Below are positions 9,886 through 20,687 of a DNA stretch of 64,000 nt, one piece after another. Made by a program: the position numbers and the translations under genes. Each line of letters opens with the position of its first letter. The stretch's first letter is position 1. This stretch comes from Candidatus Poribacteria bacterium (GTDB taxonomy: Bacteria; Poribacteria; WGA-4E; WGA-3G). Under the pieces are notes generated by a model. The model was given only the letters and a program-made list of their open reading frames with translations, made no database searches and was not told the DNA's origin. The stretch is from assembly GCA_965242965.1 (NCBI GenBank), contig OZ251518.1:2656001-2720000 (forward strand), given 5' to 3'.

Positions 9886-11649
9886 TTGAGCATTGTTGCC
9901 CACGTCACGCACGAAGCCATCCAGAAAATGGGCGGCATCGGTGCAGTTTTGGAGGGGTTACTCACAACCCATACCTATCAACACGCCATCAAACGCACGT
10001 TCCTCATCGGACCGCTTTTCCCCGGCGCAGATTTGAGCAGCCTGGATACTATTCTCTATCACGCTGCAGAAGGCATCACGGCGACACCACACGCTGGCGC
10101 GCTCAGCGGTATTGAGCAAACCTACGGTGTCGCCATCGTCCACGGACAACGACGCTTCGCCGACGAAAACCAGAATATCACGCTGCTCACCGATGTGATT
10201 CTGGTCGATGTCTCAAATAGTTATGAACAACCGACGGCACATTTCAAATGGGAACTCTACGAACAGTTTCACATTGAATCCAGCCGTTATGAAAGCGAAT
10301 GGGAGTTCGAGGAATACGTCCGGCTCGCCGAACCGGCTTACGACGCGCTGCGCGTGCTTCTCACCGACAACGGAACCTCCGACATCTTCATTATCTCACA
10401 CGAATTCATGGGCATGCCTTTCGCGCTTAAAACGCTACTTGAACGGCGGAAAGGCGATGAAGGCGCGGCGAAAATGCGCACCATTTTTTACGCGCACGAA
10501 GTCGCCACGGTCCGCCCCATTGTTGAGGGACACCCTGGACACGATGTCCGATTCTATAACGTGCTGAAACACGCAATGCCGCAAGGTAAGTCTATCCGCG
10601 ATGTGTTCGATGATCCGTTTTGGTATTTCAAGCACGCGCTCATCGACAAAGCACACTTGTGCGATGCCATCTTCGCTGTCGGAGACTTGGTTGTGGACGA
10701 ACTCCGATTCCTAGCGAAACCGTTCGAGGACTACCCGATTAACCTTGTCTACAACGGCATCCCGGCGTTTGAGGTGAATTTAGTGGAGAAATTCGCCGCC
10801 AAAGCGCGACTCCAAACCTATGCGGAAACGCTGCTGGATTACCGTCCCGATTACGTCTTCACACACGTGACGCGGCTCGTCAAAAGCAAGGGATTATGGC
10901 GGGACCTGCAGGTGCTGACGCATCTCGATTCCCTGCTCGCTTCTAATGACAAAACGGCGGTGTTGTTCATCCTCTCCACCGAAATTGCCACCGGCAGACC
11001 CAACGAGATGATTCATCAGATTGAGCGGGAATATGGCTGGCCCGTGCATCATAAAGTCGGCTATCCAGACCTGGTTGGCGCGGAAATCGAACTTAACAAC
11101 GGTGTCTCGGCGTTCAATCTCCATTCTCAAGCGATTAAGGTGGTGTTTGTCAACCAATTCGGGTGGAGTCAAGCGAGTTGCGGTGCCCGCATGCCGGAGG
11201 AGATGGAGTTCATGGATATCCGTAAGGGCAGCGATGCCGAATTCGGACAGTCAATTTATGAGCCCTTCGGTATTGCGCAGGTGGAGCCGCTCAGTTTCGG
11301 TGCTATCTGCGTGGTGAGCAATGTCTGTGGGTGTTGCGGGTTTATCCAGCGTGCGACCGGCGAACGCGATGTCCCGAACATCGTCATCGCCGACTATACG
11401 CACCTCGGCATCCCGCCGGATTCAATAGAGACGATTCTCCAATTCGGTCTGACAGAACGAAACGAGATTGAAGCGGAGAATAGTCGTGACATCGCGGCGA
11501 AACTCCTCGGCCGCTTACCGCGTAAACCTCGCGATGTGGAGGATATGATTCAGGAAGGGCACGCAATCGCTTCTCGGATGAGTTGGGAGGTTGTGGTGAA
11601 AGATTATTTTTTGCCGGGTTTGCAACGTGCATCTGCCGCTGCATCGTAG
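9886..11649 (+). CDS. glycogen synthase-like glycosyltransferase (GT3-like, GT-B fold)
   Basis: HEAIQKMGGIGAV (cf. EVxNKVGGIYTV), HEFMG, SIYEPFG..EP motifs; TTG start after GAGG. Confidence 0.7.
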   Translation: MSIVAHVTHEAIQKMGGIGAVLEGLLTTHTYQHAIKRTFLIGPLFPGADLSSLDTILYHAAEGITATPHAGALSGIEQTYGVAIVHGQRRFADENQNITLLTDVILVDVSNSYEQPTAHFKWELYEQFHIESSRYESEWEFEEYVRLAEPAYDALRVLLTDNGTSDIFIISHEFMGMPFALKTLLERRKGDEGAAKMRTIFYAHEVATVRPIVEGHPGHDVRFYNVLKHAMPQGKSIRDVFDDPFWYFKHALIDKAHLCDAIFAVGDLVVDELRFLAKPFEDYPINLVYNGIPAFEVNLVEKFAAKARLQTYAETLLDYRPDYVFTHVTRLVKSKGLWRDLQVLTHLDSLLASNDKTAVLFILSTEIATGRPNEMIHQIEREYGWPVHHKVGYPDLVGAEIELNNGVSAFNLHSQAIKVVFVNQFGWSQASCGARMPEEMEFMDIRKGSDAEFGQSIYEPFGIAQVEPLSFGAICVVSNVCGCCGFIQRATGERDVPNIVIADYTHLGIPPDSIETILQFGLTERNEIEAENSRDIAAKLLGRLPRKPRDVEDMIQEGHAIASRMSWEVVVKDYFLPGLQRASAAAS

Positions 11650-11896
11650 CGCAAGGCGGGCCATTGCTAAACGCATGCCGCCTGCCGCATCGTAGCGCGA
11701 GGGCCTGTCCCTCGCGGAGCTGCCCTTCACCGAGAGATCGCGGGGGACAGGCCCCCGCGCTACGGTATCCGGAACAGCTTCTCTTATCGTAGGGCGAGGG
11801 CCTGTCCCTCGCCATCGTTCGATCTCCCCAACGTCAGCGGGGGACAGGCCCCCGCGCTACGGGGATACAGGGTATCCGATACCATTAAATTTTGAC

Positions 11897-11925
11897 TTGC
11901 CAAAAACCAAAACATACGCTATAAT
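11897..11925 (+). promoter_or_regulatory. sigma70-like promoter
   Basis: TTGCCA-17nt-TATAAT upstream of rhamnose isomerase. Confidence 0.6.
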
Positions 11926-11964
11926 TATCACCAGTAAACATAACTGCAAGAAGGAGAATACAGC

Positions 11965-13179
11965 ATGAGCACACCAGCCTATCACCTATTAGCCGAAACG
12001 CTAGCCGGACAAGGAATCGATATTGACGCAGTCAAATCGCATCTCAAACAGCAACACATTGAAACGCCGTCCTGGGGTTACGGGAATTCCGGCACCCGAT
12101 TCGGAGTGTTTGAACAGCCCGGCGCGGCGCGGAATGCCGCCGAACGGCTAGAAGACGCAGCTACCGTCCACCGCTTCACCGGCATCGCGCCTACCGTCGC
12201 GCTTCACATTCCGTGGGATAAGACAGACGATTGGGGCGCGTTGAAACAATACGCCGCAGATGTCGGCATCGGCATCGGCGCGATTAACCCAAACGTTTTC
12301 CAAGACCAGGGGTATAAACTGGGGAGCGTCTGCAACCCACAGCCTGATATTCGCCGCCTCGCTAGCGAACATATCCTTGAGTGCGTGGACATCATGCAGA
12401 AAACCGGGTCAGATCTGCTGAGTCTCTGGTTCGCCGATGGGACGAATTTCCCCGGGCAGGCGAACTTCCGGAAGCGCAAGGCATGGATGGAAGAAGCACT
12501 CGCCGAGGTTTACGACGCGCTACCGGATGCAACGCGGATGCTAATTGAGTATAAATTCTTTGAACCGGCGTTCTACCATACCGATTTGGCAGACTGGGGC
12601 ACCGCCTATTTGCTGGCGAAGAAACTCGGTCCGAAGGCGCAGGTGCTAGTAGACTTGGGGCATCATCCGCAAGGGACTAACATCGAGTTTATCGTCGCTT
12701 ACCTGATTGACGAGGGGAAACTCGGCGGTTTCCATTTCAACTGCCGGAAATATGCAGACGATGATCTGACGGTGGGTTCGATTAATCCGCAGGAGCTCTT
12801 CCTAATTTACACGGAACTCGTCGCGGCGGAGTTGGATGCGGACACCGAGACAGACATCGCCTACATGATCGATCAGAGTCATAACCTGAAGCCGAAGGTT
12901 GCGGCGAGCATCCAATCGGTTTGCAACCTGCAAAAGGCGTATGCGAAGGCACTGCTGGTAGATAGGGAGGCGTTAGCCGCCGCGCAAGATGCCGCCGAAC
13001 TGATTGAAGCGGAGAGCATCCTCCAGCGCGCGTATGAGACTGATGTGAATCCGTTGCTGGAGCAGGTGCGGCTTGAGATGGACCGCGAACCGCACCCGTT
13101 GACGGCGTATCGGAAAAGCGGCTATTATGAGAAAATCAGCCTCGCGCGCGTCGGGGGTGAGAGCCAGGGGTGGGCGTAA
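11965..13179 (+). CDS. rhaI: L-rhamnose isomerase (RhaI type)
   Basis: [50 protein letters not shown]. Confidence 0.9.
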   Translation: MSTPAYHLLAETLAGQGIDIDAVKSHLKQQHIETPSWGYGNSGTRFGVFEQPGAARNAAERLEDAATVHRFTGIAPTVALHIPWDKTDDWGALKQYAADVGIGIGAINPNVFQDQGYKLGSVCNPQPDIRRLASEHILECVDIMQKTGSDLLSLWFADGTNFPGQANFRKRKAWMEEALAEVYDALPDATRMLIEYKFFEPAFYHTDLADWGTAYLLAKKLGPKAQVLVDLGHHPQGTNIEFIVAYLIDEGKLGGFHFNCRKYADDDLTVGSINPQELFLIYTELVAAELDADTETDIAYMIDQSHNLKPKVAASIQSVCNLQKAYAKALLVDREALAAAQDAAELIEAESILQRAYETDVNPLLEQVRLEMDREPHPLTAYRKSGYYEKISLARVGGESQGWA

Positions 13180-13180
13180 G

Positions 13181-14146
13181 ATGGCGATTAACATCGGGAT
13201 TATCGGCTCAGGCGGCATGGCACGGCACCACCTTGAGCGGTTTTCAGCAATGCCCACCGTCGAAGTGGCAGCAATCGCCTCCAGAAACGAGCAGACCGGG
13301 GGACAACTCGCATCGCAACACAACACGGCGTTTGTCCCCGAATGGGCAAACCTGATGGCGCAGGACGATATAGACGCGGTAGTGATATGCACGCACAACA
13401 ATAGCCACGGCGAGATTTCATTGGCGGCGTTGCAAGCGGATAAGCATGTCTTTGTCGAGTATCCTCTCGCCAGCGATGTCGGTGAAGGCGAGGAGATGCT
13501 CCGGCTGGCGAAGGCGCGGCACCGCGTGCTGCGCGTTTCACACCCGGAGGCAGTCTCCAATGAGCATCAGGCACTCAAAGAAAAAATAGGCCAGCTCGGT
13601 AAGTTGGACCTTACCACCTTTGTGAGATTAACGCCGGGGCGCGGCGCGAGACCGGAAATCCTCTTCAATCTGCCGGTTTCCGGGATGCCCGCGCACTTCT
13701 TCATCTACCATATTTATCCTATCGTTGATTGCTTCGGCGGCGCGGCGTGGGTAGAGAGCAGTGCCAGTTATGATGGATTAACGGAGAATGGGCAATACCA
13801 ACGGTTCGTCAACACGCTCACCGTGGCATTCAAGCGAGGCGGCATCGGACAATGGACATGGGCAGGCGGCATCGCGATGAACGCCGCTGTCCAGAATGAA
13901 CGTTATGTCCTCTCGGAAGGCACGCTCAGTTATGAGAACAACGGCTGGACTTGCGCAACATCGGCGGGCGTGACACCCCTGCCAGTCTCGGGCTCACCGC
14001 AGTCGACGTTGCAGGAGTTGTGGCTCTCTGAAATTGAGAATGCCGCGCAGCAACCGCCTTGTTTGACAGACGCGGCGGTGGCACTGGAATCTATCCGCAT
14101 CAGCCTCGCGGCGGCACAAGCCGTGAATGGACGAGTTAATTTATGA
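13181..14146 (+). CDS. Gfo/Idh/MocA family oxidoreductase
   Basis: IGIIGSGGMA Rossmann motif, KHVFVEYPLA. Confidence 0.85.
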   Translation: MAINIGIIGSGGMARHHLERFSAMPTVEVAAIASRNEQTGGQLASQHNTAFVPEWANLMAQDDIDAVVICTHNNSHGEISLAALQADKHVFVEYPLASDVGEGEEMLRLAKARHRVLRVSHPEAVSNEHQALKEKIGQLGKLDLTTFVRLTPGRGARPEILFNLPVSGMPAHFFIYHIYPIVDCFGGAAWVESSASYDGLTENGQYQRFVNTLTVAFKRGGIGQWTWAGGIAMNAAVQNERYVLSEGTLSYENNGWTCATSAGVTPLPVSGSPQSTLQELWLSEIENAAQQPPCLTDAAVALESIRISLAAAQAVNGRVNL

Positions 14147-14946
14147 GACGTTTGCCAAGAATTGAGACAGGGAGGGCCCTCCTACGGCAGGTTATTGAAA
14201 CAGTCCTGATGTTCCTTTATCCTGCGCAGTGCCGAGCCCAAACCTGCGATACACCGCTCGGGCTTGAGCCGGTGCCTTACTTCTGTAGTGCATGCTGGAC
14301 ACAGATGCAGTTTGTTGAACCGCCTTGGTGCGAGATGTGTGGGACACCGCTCCTCAGCGCGGCTTCTAGCGAAGTTTGTGACGAATGTGCCAAGGCACCA
14401 CCCCGTTACGGCAAACTCCGCACAATCGCTTTCTATGCGGAAACCCTCCAACCGGCGATACACCTCTTTAAATTTGAGAAGCGAACCGCGCTCGCCAAAC
14501 CGCTCATCCAACTGATGCTGACGCACCTGCCTGACGATTGCCGGATTGAGGATTACGACTTCATCTTACCGATACCGATTCATAAAAAGCGGATGCGCGA
14601 GCGCGGTTTCAATCAGTCAATCCTCCTCGCAGAAGGAATTGCGAAGGCGAAAGGCGTGCCGATTGCCACAGATATTTTCGTGCGGGATAAAAATACGAAG
14701 GCGCAGAGTAGCCTTGCCGGCAGGGAAGCGCGCCAAGAGAATATCATCGACGCGTTTAAACTGCGGAAACCAAAAGCCGTTTTTGGCAAACGTCTCCTGC
14801 TCATTGACGACGTTTTCACTACCGGTGAGACTATCCGGGAAGCGGTAAAGGAGTTATGGAACGCTGGCCCGGGCGAAATTGATGTGTTGACATTGGCGCG
14901 CACACCATCGGCTGATATCCCAATAAGAGGCCATCTAGAACAGTAG
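14143..14946 (+). CDS. comF: ComF family protein (double zinc ribbon + phosphoribosyltransferase)
   Basis: Cys clusters, RERGFNQS, LLIDDVFTTG. Confidence 0.85.
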   Translation: MRRLPRIETGRALLRQVIETVLMFLYPAQCRAQTCDTPLGLEPVPYFCSACWTQMQFVEPPWCEMCGTPLLSAASSEVCDECAKAPPRYGKLRTIAFYAETLQPAIHLFKFEKRTALAKPLIQLMLTHLPDDCRIEDYDFILPIPIHKKRMRERGFNQSILLAEGIAKAKGVPIATDIFVRDKNTKAQSSLAGREARQENIIDAFKLRKPKAVFGKRLLLIDDVFTTGETIREAVKELWNAGPGEIDVLTLARTPSADIPIRGHLEQ

Positions 14947-15243
14947 GCGGGACATCCCTGTCCCGATATCCCTCTTCCGTAGGCGGGACATCCCTGTCCC
15001 GAAAACCACATGGTAGGCGGGACATCCCTGTCCCGATATCCCTCTTCCGTAGGCGGGACATCCTTGTCCCGAAAATAAAAAACCATCAAGACCAGGAGGT
15101 CTCTCCTACCCGGAAGGCATCAAGACCAGGAGGTCTCTCCTACCCGGAAGGCATCGAGACCGGGAGGGCTATCCTACCGGGAAGAACCGTAGCGCGGGGG
15201 CCTGTCCCCCGCGAACGCATCGAGACCAGGAGGGCTATCCTAC
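14943..15243. repeat. tandem REP arrays
   Basis: 4x GTAGGCGGGACATCCCTGTCCCGA (period 36/34/36) then CATC(A/G)AGACC..CCTAC units with 34-nt period. Confidence 0.9.
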
Positions 15244-15417
15244 CTTACGTAACCGAACGTTTTTCACCAATACGAAAAATTTGAAACCCACCTTAACTAT
15301 CTTACGTTTAAACAGATAAGGCAATGAAAAAACGTAAGCATTGACAACCTCAATGCCGCCTAATGATTCAACGACATTGATACAGATGAAGAAGAACAAC
15401 CGCTAGGAATAACAACA

Positions 15418-18400
15418 ATGCATCTCAATAGCGTCAAAATCAGCGGATTTAAGAGTTTCGCCGAAGAGGTTGAGTTAATCTTGGAGCCTGGTATCACGGC
15501 CATCGTCGGGCCGAACGGTTGCGGGAAGAGCAACGTCTCCGATGCAATTCGGTGGGTGCTAGGTGAACAGAGTGCGCGTTCACTCCGGTCTGCGAATATG
15601 CGCGAGCTCCTCTTCAACGGTGGTGCCAATTTCAACCCGGCGCAGAAAGCGAACGTGACGCTCGCCTTTTCAAACATCGCCGAAGATCTGAAACTTGGTT
15701 CACCGGAGGTGGAAGTGCGTCGGCAGCTCACCCGCGCCGGTGAGAGCGGCTACTTTATCAACCACACGCCGTGTCGGCTGCGCGATATCAGCGAACTCTT
15801 CATGGATACCGGCATCGGAGTGGATGCGTATTCTGTGATGGAGCAGAGCAAGATCGACCTGATTCTCAACGTCCGTCCCGAAGAACGGCGGTTCTTGTTT
15901 GACGAAGTCGCCGGCATCACGAAGTATAAGCATCGCAAGAAGACCGCGATTCGGAAACTGGAAGAGACTGAGCAGAACCTCGTCCGCATCAACGATGTCA
16001 TCCAAGAACTGCAGCGCGAAACCGAATCGCTGAAAGCACAAGCGGAACAAGCGGAGCGGTATCAGGCACTTCAGGAAGAGTTACAGCAATTAGAGTTGAA
16101 CCTCTCCCAGCGCGAATACGAAAAACTGGTTGCTGAGTATCGCGACACCCAAGACGAATTAAACGCGGTGCTGGATAACGTCGCCGAGGCAGATGCACTG
16201 CTGCAAGGCGCGGAAGAACGCATCGAAAGTGCATCCGGTCGCCGTTTGGAATTAGATACGGCGATAAATGCCGCGCAGGAAACGCTGCAAGGGATTTCAG
16301 CCCAGATTGAGAAGATCGAACGCCAGATAGTCTTGCACAAAGAACGGCAGTTGAACATTCAACAGCAGCGGCAGCGGGCCCTCCAAACCCTTGAATCCTT
16401 AAAGTCACAGCAGGAACGCCTCTCCACGCAGCAGCGCGAGCGGACGCAAGAGCGGAGCAAACTGGAAGCCTCCCTCAAGTTGGAGGAGAGCCGTTTATCG
16501 GCGCGTCAGCAACTCTTGACAGACTTAGCGGCGCGCATCGGGAAAGCGAAGGCGACGGTGCGTGACGCGGAAACCGCTTTGCGGGATACCACCACGCGCC
16601 TCTCGCATCGCGAGAACAAACGGTTATCCATTGAACACAGCCTCAAAAATACGGAAAGTAACCTGAGCCGCATCCGGGAAAGTTCGGAGACGGTGAAAGC
16701 GGAACTCGAAGCCGCCACAGCTGCCTCCACCGAGGCGCAGCGCGCTGAAGTCCAACTGAAAGCGGAACTCCTTCAGATTGAAGCGGAGAAAAAGGACGTA
16801 GAAACCGCTATCGGCGAAAATCAGGAAGGACTCCGCAAAGCAGAATCCGACATGCGCGGGCTACAGGACGCGCTCGGCATGAACGTCTCACGCCTCAAAT
16901 CCTTGCAGGAGTTGCAATCGGCTTACGAGGGATACTACGCCGGGGTGCGCGCCATCATGCAGGCGAAAACCCACTACCCCAAGGAATTTGCCGGGGTGTG
17001 CGGCGTTGTCGCCGAACTGCTCAGCACGGGCAAAGAATACGAAATCGCCATTGAGGTGGCACTCGGCAGTGCCATCCAGAATGTCGTCACGGAGACAGCG
17101 GAAGACGCGGAAACCGGCATCGCCTTCCTCAAAAAGCACCGCGCCGGCCGCGTGACTTTCCTGCCGCTTGATATGTTGCGCGGCAGGCAGTTTTCCGACG
17201 ACGCGCTCCTTGACGAACCGGGTGTCATCGGTGTCGCCGAAGATCTGGTAGATTACGATGAAAAATATGACAAAGCCGTGTTGCATCTGCTCGGTAATAC
17301 TCTCGTCATGGAGGATTTGGATACCGCGGTCGCGCTTACGCGCCGATTCCGGCCAACGGCGCGCCTCGTCACTTTAGATGGCGAAGTGATTAACACCTCC
17401 GGGGCAATCACCGGCGGACATACCAATCAGAAAAAGAGCGGGTTGCTCAGTCGTTCGCGAGAGCTTGAGGTGCTTGAAAGCAAAATCGGCGAACTGACGC
17501 AGACTGCTACCGAGAAGGATGCTAAGCGCAAGGCGTTCGCGGCGAAGTTGGCGACTTTGCAACAATCTCGGCAGCAACTCACCGCGCGATGGCAAGATAA
17601 GCGCGTCGAGAAAACGGCTCTTACGAAGGATATCGAGCAGGCGGGCAGACACGTCGAAAGGCTGGAACGCCAACTCACTGAGGTAGAGGTGGAAAACCGG
17701 GAACTCCGCGAGGCGGTGGAGAGCTCGCGCGAGGAACAGCAGACGCTCGCGACAGAAATCGCCGAATTAGAGAAGAAGCGCGCCACCACCGAACGGCGCA
17801 TCCAGCGGATGTCTGAGCAGATTGAGAGTGAAAGCCGCAAGCACGGCGAAGTCGCAGACGGCTGTCAGGAAATGGAAATCTCTTTGGCTGGCCAGCGGCA
17901 AAAGTTGCACGGATTGACATCGGAGTTGGAAACGCTTGAGGAGACGTGCCGCCGCACGGCGCAAAACATCACCGAACAACAGGCGATTATTGACACCGAT
18001 GAACAAACCAGGCACGACCTCGGGGAACAAATCGCTGGCGCGCAACGCGAATTCCTCCGATACGAAGGCGACAAGGCAGAAGCAGAAGCCGAACTTGACA
18101 CGCTCACGGAGGAACGGGAGACGCTTCTTGACGAGGTAACGAACCTCCAGAAGCAGATGCGCGCGACTCGGCGGCAGTTTGATAAGCACAACCGCCAACG
18201 GCATCAGTTGGAAGTGACGACGACGCAACTGGAGATGCAAATCAAATCCATCTCAACGCGCATCCTTGATAAATACCAGCTCTCCATTGAGACGCTGGCT
18301 GCTTCAAGGCTTGTCAAAACGCCTGGCGAACTACCAGAAATCGATCTAATGGACAAAATCGAAGCGTTGAAGGCGGAGTTAAGCGCGATGGGCGCGGTGA

Positions 18401-18984
18401 ATCTCAAGGCGATAGAGGCACACGCCGAACACCAGGAACGTTACGATTTCCTCATCTCGCAGCGCGCCGATGTCGAAAAGTCTATCCAGTCCACCTATCA
18501 GGCGATTCAGAAGATTAACCAAACTTCGCGGGAGGTTTTTCTGAAGACGTTTGAGCAGGTGCAGGCGAACTTCCAAGAAGTTTTCGTGCAACTCTTCGGC
18601 GGCGGCGAGACAGAGTTGTTGTTAACCGACGAATCCGATGTGCTTGAATCCGGCATTGAAATTATCGCAAGACCGCCGGGTAAACGGCCGCAGAGCATCA
18701 CGCAACTTTCCGGCGGCGAACGTTCTCTCGTCGCTGTGGGATTACTGTTTGCTGTGTTCAAAATCAAGCCGAGTCCGTTCTGTGTTCTGGACGAGGTGGA
18801 TGCCGCGCTAGACGAGGCAAACGTCCTCCGTTTCACGAATCTCATCCGTGCCTACGCCGAAAATACGCAGTTCGTGATTATTACCCATAACAAGCGCACC
18901 ATGGAAATCGCCGACGTGATGTACGGCGTGACGATGGAGCAAGCCGGTGTCTCCAAACTTGTCTCGGCAAAATTTTCAGATTAA
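15418..18984 (+). CDS. smc: chromosome segregation protein SMC
   Basis: GFKSF, GPNGCGKSN, long coiled coils, hinge GRVTFLPL, LSGGE, LDEVDAALD. Confidence 0.97.
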   Translation: MHLNSVKISGFKSFAEEVELILEPGITAIVGPNGCGKSNVSDAIRWVLGEQSARSLRSANMRELLFNGGANFNPAQKANVTLAFSNIAEDLKLGSPEVEVRRQLTRAGESGYFINHTPCRLRDISELFMDTGIGVDAYSVMEQSKIDLILNVRPEERRFLFDEVAGITKYKHRKKTAIRKLEETEQNLVRINDVIQELQRETESLKAQAEQAERYQALQEELQQLELNLSQREYEKLVAEYRDTQDELNAVLDNVAEADALLQGAEERIESASGRRLELDTAINAAQETLQGISAQIEKIERQIVLHKERQLNIQQQRQRALQTLESLKSQQERLSTQQRERTQERSKLEASLKLEESRLSARQQLLTDLAARIGKAKATVRDAETALRDTTTRLSHRENKRLSIEHSLKNTESNLSRIRESSETVKAELEAATAASTEAQRAEVQLKAELLQIEAEKKDVETAIGENQEGLRKAESDMRGLQDALGMNVSRLKSLQELQSAYEGYYAGVRAIMQAKTHYPKEFAGVCGVVAELLSTGKEYEIAIEVALGSAIQNVVTETAEDAETGIAFLKKHRAGRVTFLPLDMLRGRQFSDDALLDEPGVIGVAEDLVDYDEKYDKAVLHLLGNTLVMEDLDTAVALTRRFRPTARLVTLDGEVINTSGAITGGHTNQKKSGLLSRSRELEVLESKIGELTQTATEKDAKRKAFAAKLATLQQSRQQLTARWQDKRVEKTALTKDIEQAGRHVERLERQLTEVEVENRELREAVESSREEQQTLATEIAELEKKRATTERRIQRMSEQIESESRKHGEVADGCQEMEISLAGQRQKLHGLTSELETLEETCRRTAQNITEQQAIIDTDEQTRHDLGEQIAGAQREFLRYEGDKAEAEAELDTLTEERETLLDEVTNLQKQMRATRRQFDKHNRQRHQLEVTTTQLEMQIKSISTRILDKYQLSIETLAASRLVKTPGELPEIDLMDKIEALKAELSAMGAVNLKAIEAHAEHQERYDFLISQRADVEKSIQSTYQAIQKINQTSREVFLKTFEQVQANFQEVFVQLFGGGETELLLTDESDVLESGIEIIARPPGKRPQSITQLSGGERSLVAVGLLFAVFKIKPSPFCVLDEVDAALDEANVLRFTNLIRAYAENTQFVIITHNKRTMEIADVMYGVTMEQAGVSKLVSAKFSD

Positions 18985-19042
18985 TCACCATAGGGCGAGG
19001 GATAGGCCCGATAGGCCCTCGCCATTCTCCATGCTTGCCAAC

Positions 19043-20047
19043 ATGACCAGGGTTAACCGCGAACACCTCACTATTCTCCCACTTGCTGAACGCCGCCACA
19101 AAATGACAGTGGCAGATGTCTACGCGCTAGATGCGGAAACGCCGCCTTATGAAAGCGAACATCTCCGCATCGTTGCCGAAAAGATTGTGCAGGCGCGCCG
19201 CCGCGACAAACCGGTAATTTGGATGATGGGCGCGCATGTCATGCGCCGCGGCAACTCCCGTTTTATCATTGATTTGATGGAGCGCGGCGTGCTGACGCAC
19301 CTCGCCACAAACGGCGCATGCGCCATCCACGATTTTGAACTCGCACACATCGGCGCAACGCTGGAAGATGTTGAAGACTACATAAAAGACGGAAAGTTCG
19401 GCCATTGGGAGGAAACCGGCAGATATCTGAACGAGGCCATCGTTCAAGGATACCGCGATAAAATCGGGTTCGGGGAAGCGGTGGGAAGGTTAATTGAGAC
19501 AGGGGGTGGATATCAGCCTCCTGTCCCCTTTCCACATCGCGAGTTCAGCATGTTTGCGGCGGCATATCGGTTAGGCGTGCCGTTTACCGTTCACAAAGGC
19601 ATCGGGTATGACATTGCAGACCAGCACCCTGCCGCCGATTATGCCGCCATCGGTTGGACAACCGGCGAGGATTTCCTCCGTTTCGCGCACAGCATCTCGC
19701 AATTAGAGGGCGGCGTTTTCCTGAATCTAGGCTCCGCCGTGATGGGCCCGGAAGTCTATCTCAAAAGTCTCTCTATGGCGCGCAACATTGCGGCGCAGCG
19801 CGGCGAAGAGATTCGGCACTTCACCACTGCTAACTTCGACCTGATTGATTTCCCTGATTTTCAGGAAGAGGGGAAACCTACCGATGCGCACTACTACCAT
19901 CGTCCCAAGAAAACGATTCTCATCCGTACCGTCAAAGATGGCGGCGAGAGTTATCACATCTCCGGCGATTTCGCGGTGACTGTGCCGCAACTCTATCGCC
20001 AAGTCATCGCCTTTTTCACTGGAGGACAAATCCCGCGCGATGGATAG
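19043..20047 (+). CDS. deoxyhypusine-synthase-like (GSU2086-like) protein
   Basis: MMGAHV, ATNGACAIHDFE, FLNLGSAVMGPEVYLK; start uncertain (19031 or 19043). Confidence 0.6.
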   Translation: MTRVNREHLTILPLAERRHKMTVADVYALDAETPPYESEHLRIVAEKIVQARRRDKPVIWMMGAHVMRRGNSRFIIDLMERGVLTHLATNGACAIHDFELAHIGATLEDVEDYIKDGKFGHWEETGRYLNEAIVQGYRDKIGFGEAVGRLIETGGGYQPPVPFPHREFSMFAAAYRLGVPFTVHKGIGYDIADQHPAADYAAIGWTTGEDFLRFAHSISQLEGGVFLNLGSAVMGPEVYLKSLSMARNIAAQRGEEIRHFTTANFDLIDFPDFQEEGKPTDAHYYHRPKKTILIRTVKDGGESYHISGDFAVTVPQLYRQVIAFFTGGQIPRDG

Positions 20048-20328
20048 GCGGAAACACCTGTCATATCGTAGGGCGCGGGCCTGTCCCGCGCCATGCTAGG
20101 AGGAAATCGCCACGCGAAACGTAGGGCGCGGGCCTGTCCCTCGCCATGCCCGGGGCCATCAAATGTCACATCGTAGGGCGCGGGTCCTCGCATGCCACAC
20201 GCGCATGTGAGCGGGTTTCCCGCGCCATCTCTGTAGTTTGAGCTCGCCTGATCTCAAACAAGAAAGGAGACCGTTATCCATTTTCACCGTTGATAGCAAA
20301 ACCGAAAACTAAATATCTCTAAAAAACG

Positions 20329-20458
20329 TTGACAAAAAATGCGAATTTTGCTAAAATAAAATGAGTTTCAACCGTTTTGGCGATTTTTCGTAGGAATTTA
20401 AGACTTTTCACGATTTTCTTGCAAAAAAACTTGACAAAAAACTGCCATTCGCTAAAAT
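20329..20458 (+). promoter_or_regulatory. two tandem sigma70-like promoters
   Basis: TTGACA-17-TAAAAT (20329-20357) and TTGACA-16-TAAAAT (20431-20458). Confidence 0.65.
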
Positions 20459-20687
20459 AGCATCAGTAGTCTCTTTTGGCCAAGTACCAGAAAGAAAAAT
20501 AACTTCGTGTTGGGTTCTGTCCGCTTTCGCGGCTCGGGCGCATAAAAACGTTTGCGGGAGGCACTGCACCGGCAACCTCCCGCCGTAAACCCCAGACGCA
20601 ATGTCTGGTAACGCAATGCAATAATTGTCTGAATCAAGAGGGACAAACGCTGATTCAGACAGACGAAACATAAGGAGATTCAATACA

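Noticed and set aside
14943-15243. Short direct-repeat arrays resembling CRISPR
   Set aside because: Spacers only ~10 nt and repeated; units are REP families found elsewhere
20633-20660. ATCAAGAG-GGAC resembling a SAM-I riboswitch start
   Set aside because: Remaining SAM-I helices and conserved motifs are absent
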